Positions 59,401-64,000 of a stretch of DNA of 64,000 nucleotides are shown here, one piece after another. The stretch is taken from contig DASZQB010000131.1 of assembly GCA_035550135.1 (NCBI GenBank), forward strand, positions 66,411-130,410. Reading direction: 5' to 3'. Position 1 is the first letter of the stretch. Every line of letters starts with the position of its first letter. The notes beneath the pieces are model-generated. The model was not told where the DNA came from. It worked only from the letters and a program-made list of their open reading frames with translations, and did no database searches. This DNA is from Verrucomicrobiales bacterium (GTDB taxonomy: Bacteria; Verrucomicrobiota; Verrucomicrobiia; Verrucomicrobiales; V1-33). The translations under genes and the position numbers were made by a program.

Positions 59401-59598
59401 GGATTCATAGAATGCTGCTCCCGTTCCCAGTCGCGGCTGGCCTGTCGCAGCGTCCCACGTGAGTTGCCGGTCGCTGGGATTGGCCATGAATTCATTGATG
59501 ACCACGCCACTCCATGCTGTCGTTAGGGTAGAGTGCAAAATAAGCAGCGCGGCGAGGCGGCAAATTGGAAGCCGCCAACCGTATTGAGTCGGGTGCAT
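53500..59598 (-). CDS. Giant secreted CotH-kinase-family protein with lamin-tail-domain modules and Fn3/chitobiase-C-like modules
   Basis: Signal-like segment ...CRLAALLILHSTLTTAWSG. LTD patterns: VVINEFMANPSD (N-terminus), FTDWVELYNNGGSPVDLSNWALTD (~56560-56960), VVAEIMYHPPD...DDFEFIRLMAIGSAPVNLQDVKF (~54130-54480). CotH (PF08757)-like core at ~54860-56200 (FQSLRLRAGKNDIGNPHISDEMLRRVFGDMG...VYFNGVYKGVYNLAERV). IRYTLDGSTPT and IYYTTDGSDP motifs. The C-terminus carries DPDFDGLNNRLEYALAGDP. Confidence 0.85.
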   Translation of the reverse strand: MHPTQYGWRLPICRLAALLILHSTLTTAWSGVVINEFMANPSDRQLTWDAATGQPRLGTGAAFYESAYNDAAWTSGNLPAGYGVGGLQTNLAATMQGRTPTFYLRKLFTITAADAGSTQPLSLLVEANDGFICWINGKEVARANMGPAKHFVYADQAAYNPETRTGLQEYVIGPANTLLVTGENLIAIQAANSNTPPTSGNQNWTGQTPTFSINAGLRFVGPTANLTAKSLDFNNGTGASRTHTNNAGAQSDTASGTNAPNGWLATMASDPASTASGSLTNVVTESAAAGIGGSGGLKFDFTQTGAVSAWTHFGPGVSMTGGWATGSVNANALSGTTLRFRYRTTGGAQMGLRLQPTIADATNVLDGFPAVGAPPAPPPDLTWPAAANQTLTWNISATGAGSGVTAGSPAYGWFGFSTTDLRSGQFVVKEDAAIPSPGGGTNGVLALDWITMPTRAAGTSNEWWGFGLQNGGLTATEWAGRSNLAAADLTSAKFSFRWKIPAGRRLNLRLEPMVSDGYGARVDFGTFTGTGNWETTERALSTGTNTAGYLTAMNGHAPKTQQFVVANVDGIASYQTGNLLQIDDVNFWIESAAASSEAPPITFSNANNGYVQVACNGSTSTNTTSGAPPVTTYIWADGAGNGFTSRLVQDNTAGAGNGGTAGHLRYEITATGTPQPGYSGFTIPGFSAQQWTPGSLTPQNVGLVTMRFAVNVPAGETCSVWAEPQPTAGYNNRADFGTITGTGTWQVVTREFSTAGNLAAFITSMNAQNSRSFTMQFSSASLASGTRIRLDDFEIIPWQLYSINLGAGNQPGSRFNNTLNGAGSVSFVPTFYRTADWAAGSSITLDNFEITFTGSDPSQIRDIFASGSAGGAWKQFVGRYEPSGGVADPGLATTTFNPPVGEEADFEEPSAFTDWVELYNNGGSPVDLSNWALTDEPLSQPGKWRFPTNTSIPAGGYLIVMCDDREEANAPAGPAQRLHANFTLSDTGERLALFNAALAPMDEVPLPVPSQVFSSTWGRTPPNSSVWGFLTTGTPGTANAGDSMAARAEPPQFMAANGTTPLTGGRYTANQTLVLTTITPGSTIRYTLDGSTPTETNGTQYTAPLSLTRPNGRTANVVRARTFASGMLPSGVKTETYLINQDAAISGVPALLFTGDAGRTFYKPEGLLSIQGGGYGLNGTAADIWNPAGPNSYNIPVGRGQAFERETLMEFYFPPGYYADPGQQPLNMDFGLRLSSSPYSRPRLTMSNTGLSPFDPWNPNEKCSWNIFFRGDFGAGELDYPLFPGYDVRKFQSLRLRAGKNDIGNPHISDEMLRRVFGDMGHVSPRGLVCSVYFNGVYKGVYNLAERVREPLFQQHYRSENIWEVRYVNEWVDGLPNEVANQNVTSWNNFNNVINNTASASYWTVVQAVADLDNFADYYLFNIYTSMWDWPWNNYVFYRERSNGPDGRFRYTTWDLEGACLINSYHTDYVTNVLKDHNYNTIALDLTGRDGNSDLSRIFARLRTNAEWRLKFADRVNRAMFNGGVLDDRDPDSAGPLKSRLKTRLDELVAEAGPLVQYNTGQALRTAWFDIWVNPSTGRRTVILPKGTKGVAGYTPGHLRAPNGTYNTADTFCPETEPPVLTPFGGAVTAGSTVTMTGSVGNVPGGVTIYYTTDGSDPRLAGGAVNPAAATYSAPVPLTQITTIRARSRNSTNNEWSALTEATYLVNAVPATAANLVVAEIMYHPPDASAVEEAATFNNADDFEFIRLMAIGSAPVNLQDVKFTVGLSFDFNTQSSVIALNPGQSILLIRRRDAFEFRHGTGYNAMIAGEFTGGLGNGGEQLVLTGPDGVDADTLPDVIKDFTYSDLPPWPGRADGNGPSLLLIAPATNPDHNLPASWTASAWPGGLIGPGGTNIPWTYQQWRNLLWGPASAADNLISGPDADPDFDGLNNRLEYALAGDPKRPDASALLPSASVTTIGPDRFLTVEFRLPTGLPAGTVTPQLSSTLTAWTSTLTQVSSTPNPDGTLTLRYRAPISIPAGQHLYIRLMVTLP

Positions 59599-59699
59599 TG
59601 GTGCTGTTGCTGCGAAGGCTAAGGGACCCGGACAAGGAGGGGCCTCAATGATACCTGGAGGACGCTGGCAATGTCACGCTGAATTGCACGATCCGGAGG

Positions 59700-62459
59700 T
59701 TATCCCTGGGGGACGCCGGCGGCTTTGCCGACTTCACGGCGAAGAGTTGTTAGGATCGCGGGATCGGTAATCTTTTGTCCGTGGGCGTCGGTTACACAGA
59801 AAGAATCCACGGCGGCGCCTTTTTCGGTATTGATGCGGGCGTGGGTGATCTCCATGCCGAGGCTGCCTATGGCATTGAAGATGGCGTAGAGGAGGCCGAT
59901 GCGGTCCACGGCCTGAATCTCAACGGTTGTGTAGTCACGCTTCGGCTCATTGTGGACGCCGGCGAAGACCGGAAAGTCATCGGTCCAGCCGGGAACGGAA
60001 GCGGCCGTGCCGTTGTCCTGGCTGCGGATGAGGCCGGCAAAGTCGATCTCTTCGCCGGTGCATGCGCAGGCCAGGAGTTCACTCACGGTACCGATGGTTT
60101 TTTCCGACGTGACGGGAGTGAGGCTGGTGGTGCAGACGCGGAAGAGGTCGATGACGATGCCGTCCGCGCGGAGGAAGAGGTCGGCGCTGAGGATATTGAG
60201 GCCGGCGGCGGCGAGCGCTCCGGCGGCTTTGGCGAGCAGGAGGTGGCGGTCCCACGAGATGAGAATGAGTTCGCTGGTACCCTGCTCCGGATGCGTGACC
60301 CAGCGGAGCACCGGGCGCAAAAAACTCCCAGCATCCTCTTTCCGAATCTGACGGAAAAATTGCCGGCAGGTGCGGATGTGCATGGTGATGTCGTCTGCGC
60401 CGCGGAAGTTGAAATAGCGCGGGGGCATGCCGCTGAGGTGGGCGTCGATCTCCGCGGCGTAGCTGTCGTCGAGTTCGGCGGCGATGGTTTTGCGCAGCTT
60501 CTCGAACGGAATGTTCATGTGGCTCTGGAAGGCTTCGCGGCCTTCGAAATAAGCGAGTGTGGCATGATAGAGCTGCCGCACGAGGCTTTCCTTCCAGTCC
60601 GTCCAACCGGTTTCGTTAGTGGCGCGGCTGTCGGCGCAGGTGTGAAGATAGAGGGCCTCCAGCCATTCCCGGGTGCGGACGATGCGGGCGAAGCCGGCGA
60701 TGACTTCGGGATCGTCGAGGTTGCGGGTGGTGGCGGTGTGCCAGAGGAGGAGATGGTTATCGACGAGGAAGAGGAGTGTTTGGCGGCGCTTGTCCGTGAT
60801 TTGCAGGCGGCGGCACACCTGATCGGTTAGTTCTGTGCTGGCATATTCGTGATGCTTGCCGCCGTCGGCGCGGCCGGTATCGTGCATCAGGAGCGCGAGA
60901 TAGAGGATGAAAGGATCTTCGAGTTCGTGAAAGAGGCGCTGGTGGAAGGCGAGCCGGGGATCGCGGGTATCACTAAGCTCATCGAGGCGTTCGAGGCATT
61001 TCAACGTGTGTTCGTCCGCGGTGTAGCGATGAAAAAACTCATGCTGCACGAGGTCGGTGAGGGGAGCGAATTCCGGAATGTAGCGGCCCAAAAATCCCAC
61101 GCGATGCATCTGTCGCAGCGCGGCGCCGACCTCGCCCTTGCGGCTGAGGATGGCTTCCCATGTCTCGCGATTCGTCTTCTTATAACGGAACGTGCGGTTG
61201 ATGAGCTTGTAGTTATCCTTCACGAGGCGGCGCATCTGCGGACTGAGCTTGAGCTGCCGGACCTGCGTGTGCTGGAAGAGGCGAATGAGGCGGCCAGAGT
61301 CCTCCTGGAAGATGTCGGGCTCGTTAGGGAAAATGAATCCGTCGCGGGTGTGGAAACCATCGAAGACTTCACTTTTGTTCTTTTTTTGGAGGGCGAGGAA
61401 ACTGAAGATGCCGGGCTTCTTTTCCTCCTGCTCGAGTTCGAAGCGCTCCATGAGCGAGAGGTTGTGCTGATAGAGATGGCGCGAGTGATGATAGTAGTCG
61501 CGCATGAAGGTCTCAGTGCGCTGCACCATGCGGCGGCCTTCGTAACCCAGACTGGTGGCGACGACGCCCTGGAGACGCAGCGTGAGGAGATCGTTGGCGC
61601 TCTTTTCGGAGTAGTGCATGTCATTGCGCACGCGGAGGAGAAAAGCGTGCGCCTTCTGGATTTCCTGGCCGGCGGTTTCCGAAAAGATGCGGCGGCGGAC
61701 GAGCTGGTCGAGATCGCGGATGCCGAGCTTCACGAAGCTGATCCACACCATATTGTGATAGTCGCGCAGGCCGCCGCAGCCGTTTTTGACATGCGGCTCC
61801 TGGAGGTGGAAGGTATTAGAGGACTTGGCGTGCCGCTCGCGGAGGTCTTTGACGCGCGCGAGGAAGAATTCCCGCTCGCGACCGGTGACGCACTGGCGGC
61901 GGAAGTTGTCCTCAAACTCATCGAAAAGGGTGCGGTCCCCGGTAATGAAGCGGCTCTCGATGAGGGCGCACATGGTTTGGTGGTCCTTTTGCGCGAACTG
62001 AAAGGTTTCCTTCAGGGAGCGCACGCCATAGCCGACTTTGAAACCGACATCCCACAGCATGTAGAGGACTTTTTCGATGACCTCGCGGGTTTTTGCCGAC
62101 AGGTCCTTCCCGCCGCGTTCAGGGTGGATGAACTGAATGTCCACGTCGCTGCCGGGATTGAGGATGCCGCGGCCGTATCCGCCACTGGCGACGAGGGCGA
62201 CGCGGGCGGCGGCGGCGGACTCCTGGAGGGCGCGGTCGAAGAGGTTGCGCAGGACCACGTCGAGCAGGCTGCTGCGCTGCCGGCATACTTCGATGCCGCT
62301 GAGGCCTGCGTAATGCTGGAGGCGGATGCGGTATTCCTCTTTTTTGAGGAAGCTCTTGTAGAGCTTGATGAGATCGGCGGGAGAGGCGTTTTGGTCGTGG
62401 GCGGGAGCCAGCACGCGGCTGGCGTGGGCTTCCACTTTTTCGATGTGACGCCTTGGCAT
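59700..62459 (-). CDS. glnD: [Protein-PII] uridylyltransferase / uridylyl-removing enzyme
   Basis: Nucleotidyltransferase motif VASGGYGRGILNPGSDVD. HD domain FHRYTADEHTL...LLMHDTGR. Two C-terminal ACT-like domains. 919 aa. Confidence 0.9.
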   Translation of the reverse strand: MPRRHIEKVEAHASRVLAPAHDQNASPADLIKLYKSFLKKEEYRIRLQHYAGLSGIEVCRQRSSLLDVVLRNLFDRALQESAAAARVALVASGGYGRGILNPGSDVDIQFIHPERGGKDLSAKTREVIEKVLYMLWDVGFKVGYGVRSLKETFQFAQKDHQTMCALIESRFITGDRTLFDEFEDNFRRQCVTGREREFFLARVKDLRERHAKSSNTFHLQEPHVKNGCGGLRDYHNMVWISFVKLGIRDLDQLVRRRIFSETAGQEIQKAHAFLLRVRNDMHYSEKSANDLLTLRLQGVVATSLGYEGRRMVQRTETFMRDYYHHSRHLYQHNLSLMERFELEQEEKKPGIFSFLALQKKNKSEVFDGFHTRDGFIFPNEPDIFQEDSGRLIRLFQHTQVRQLKLSPQMRRLVKDNYKLINRTFRYKKTNRETWEAILSRKGEVGAALRQMHRVGFLGRYIPEFAPLTDLVQHEFFHRYTADEHTLKCLERLDELSDTRDPRLAFHQRLFHELEDPFILYLALLMHDTGRADGGKHHEYASTELTDQVCRRLQITDKRRQTLLFLVDNHLLLWHTATTRNLDDPEVIAGFARIVRTREWLEALYLHTCADSRATNETGWTDWKESLVRQLYHATLAYFEGREAFQSHMNIPFEKLRKTIAAELDDSYAAEIDAHLSGMPPRYFNFRGADDITMHIRTCRQFFRQIRKEDAGSFLRPVLRWVTHPEQGTSELILISWDRHLLLAKAAGALAAAGLNILSADLFLRADGIVIDLFRVCTTSLTPVTSEKTIGTVSELLACACTGEEIDFAGLIRSQDNGTAASVPGWTDDFPVFAGVHNEPKRDYTTVEIQAVDRIGLLYAIFNAIGSLGMEITHARINTEKGAAVDSFCVTDAHGQKITDPAILTTLRREVGKAAGVPQG

Positions 62460-62479
62460 GCGAACGAAACGACGCGGCG

Positions 62480-64000
62480 CTAACGGGAGCCGGCAGTCTT
62501 TTCGTTCTCATTCTGCACCACGGGCTCCTGGGTGAAGAAGAGGTAAACGCTGTTTTCCGGCGATACCGGATATTTGAGCGGCATATCGACGGTAAGCGTC
62601 TTGAGAATTTCCGCACGAACGCTGTCCCGCCGGCGTCCCTCTTCAAAGCTCACCGCCTGAGGGGGGCCGAGGCGCATGCAGGGGCCGAGCAGAATATAGT
62701 CCCGCCACTCGAAATTTTCCGAGCGCTTGTCGGAGACGGAATTGGCAGGGGCCTGCAGGGTGTACTGGCTGAGAAGAAGGCCGGTGATGGGCTGGCCGTG
62801 CTCCTTGCCGATTTCCCGCAGGGTATCGAATTGTTTGCGGTCGTGGGGGAGCCAAATGGCGGCGCGGTTGGCATACCATGCGACGGCCCATGGAATATCG
62901 GTGACGATGGCTTCGTTAGGCTTTACCATGCTGCCGTACGACGCGAGGGCGTTGGGAACGTAATAGGGGTAATTCACCTTGAAGGCTTCGTTGCGCGCCA
63001 GCGCCTGGGTGATGCGCGTGGGAGCCTTGAGCAGCGTGGGGAGCGCGCTGATGAAGATGGCGAGAATGAAGTGGCCGTTTCGTACGAAGGGAATGTGCAG
63101 CGGCAGATTCAAGCGGTTCCAAAGCACCGAAAGGAACGCCAGGCCGTAGCCGGTCATGACCGGAAGGAAGATGATGTGAAGATTGTTAGGGTCCGTTGGG
63201 TCCTCCTGGAACGGGTGGAGGCCGTAAATCGTCATTCCGATGACGGCAAAAATCCACATCGCGAGGATACACCATCGGAAGTCGCCGATTTCCCTTCGCC
63301 GGAAGGGGTGAAGCAGGGCGAGGAAGAAGAGGGGCGCGACGACGACGGCACCGAGATAATTGTAGATGTCACTGAGCTGGGTGACGGAGTTGAGCATCAT
63401 TTTGCTCGGGAGGCCGTTGAGGTCGAGCGCGCCGGAGGTCTGCTCGAGGTCGCGCATGAGCGACTCCTCGGTGGAGGCGGAGGCATTGCCCGCGTAGAAG
63501 AGGTAGAGGCCTGCGCCGAGGGGATTGCCGCTGAATTTCTGATTGTTGAAGAGGGGCCACCAGATGGTGATGAGCAGGAAGATGCCGACGAGCATGAGCA
63601 ACTGCACGCCGCGGGGATGAAAATAAAATCCGGCGAAAAAGACGAGTCCCAGGAACGGCCAGACGGCCATCCAGTGAGCGAGCGCCAGCAGGCCCATGAA
63701 CCCGCCGGTGAGTCCCAGCCATAAGTACACGGACTTCCCGGCCTGAGCATTCTCGATGGCCTTGTAGAGAAAATAGGCGGCGAACGAGAACAGGAAGAGC
63801 ATGAGCATCTGCGGCAGCCCAGATTGCGAGTAGTGCCAGACGCTTTCACACAACAGCATCAGCAGGGCGGTGACGCCTCCGATACGGGGGTCGAAGATGC
63901 GGGTGATCAGCAGGTAGCTGACGCCGATGGACGCCAGCAGAAGCACCATGCTGACGCCGGTGATGATGACGTCCGGGGTGTAGAGAACCTGCTTTGGCTC
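62480..64000 (-). CDS. Polytopic membrane protein, possibly a GT-C (ArnT/PMT-like) glycosyltransferase; 5' end outside window
   Basis: The frame stays open from 63949 to the window edge (EPKQVLYTPDVIITGVS precedes the first Met), so the gene is probably truncated. It has at least 9 hydrophobic segments and then a ~190-aa soluble C-terminal domain. The family assignment is weak. Confidence 0.6.
   Translation of the reverse strand, partial: EPKQVLYTPDVIITGVSMVLLLASIGVSYLLITRIFDPRIGGVTALLMLLCESVWHYSQSGLPQMLMLFLFSFAAYFLYKAIENAQAGKSVYLWLGLTGGFMGLLALAHWMAVWPFLGLVFFAGFYFHPRGVQLLMLVGIFLLITIWWPLFNNQKFSGNPLGAGLYLFYAGNASASTEESLMRDLEQTSGALDLNGLPSKMMLNSVTQLSDIYNYLGAVVVAPLFFLALLHPFRRREIGDFRWCILAMWIFAVIGMTIYGLHPFQEDPTDPNNLHIIFLPVMTGYGLAFLSVLWNRLNLPLHIPFVRNGHFILAIFISALPTLLKAPTRITQALARNEAFKVNYPYYVPNALASYGSMVKPNEAIVTDIPWAVAWYANRAAIWLPHDRKQFDTLREIGKEHGQPITGLLLSQYTLQAPANSVSDKRSENFEWRDYILLGPCMRLGPPQAVSFEEGRRRDSVRAEILKTLTVDMPLKYPVSPENSVYLFFTQEPVVQNENEKTAGSR

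Noticed and set aside
53500-63300. Apparent abundance of GTTAG (CTAAC on the coding strand) in the CotH, glnD and membrane-protein genes
   Set aside because: A rough base-composition estimate gives a few dozen copies per strand for 64 kb, so the window-wide count is unremarkable. Local density here looked a few-fold higher by eye, but I did not count rigorously. The copies I checked fall in two ordinary codon contexts (CTA-ACN Leu-Thr and NCT-AAC x-Asn), consistent with the Thr/Asn-rich protein composition. An exact k-mer enrichment test would be needed to revive this.

Overview
GC-rich bacterial chromosomal segment (GC not computed). It contains about 37 protein-coding genes and one tRNA-Phe. 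There are no rRNA genes, CRISPR arrays, integrases or classical IS elements. The gene content includes three PEP-CTERM proteins, lamin-tail-domain and CotH giant proteins, a DUF1080 protein and a secretin with a TPR-like N-terminus. This suggests a PVC-superphylum genome, most likely Verrucomicrobiota; that assignment is inference only.

Layout:
- 0-5.6 kb: the tail of a PEP-CTERM gene followed by an exopolysaccharide-type trio (Wzy_C/O-antigen-ligase-like, Bac_transf sugar transferase, CapD/WbpM-type dehydratase).
- 5.6-16.6 kb: housekeeping genes (tRNA-Phe, M16 peptidase, GFA, DUF485 plus an acetate-type symporter, mazG, DUF1080, sodA, carA).
- 16.8-24.4 kb: a tightly packed same-strand lipid-catabolism cluster (patatin, PaaK-like ligase, thiolase, FadB/J-like, acyl-CoA dehydrogenase).
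- 24.4-26.1 kb: a small zincin gene and lysA.
- 26.2-46.5 kb: the most unusual part. It holds a 2007-aa membrane Ser/Thr kinase with a ~480-aa E/A/R/K helix encoded by 99-bp tandem repeats. It also holds a 1115-aa triple lamin-tail-domain protein, a 1349-aa protein with three C-type-lectin-like modules (EPN/WND motifs) plus PA14-like modules, two lectin-like PEP-CTERM proteins, an orphan secretin and a membrane-anchored partner ORF.
- 46.5-53.5 kb: xseA, a RAYT-type Y1 transposase flanked by inverted REP-like arrays, a tricorn-like protease, and a 745-bp AT-richer non-coding islet followed by a VapBC-like pair.
- 53.5-64 kb: a 2032-aa CotH/LTD giant protein, glnD and a polytopic membrane protein truncated by the window edge.

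Many long ORFs in the six-frame track are antisense shadows of these genes.
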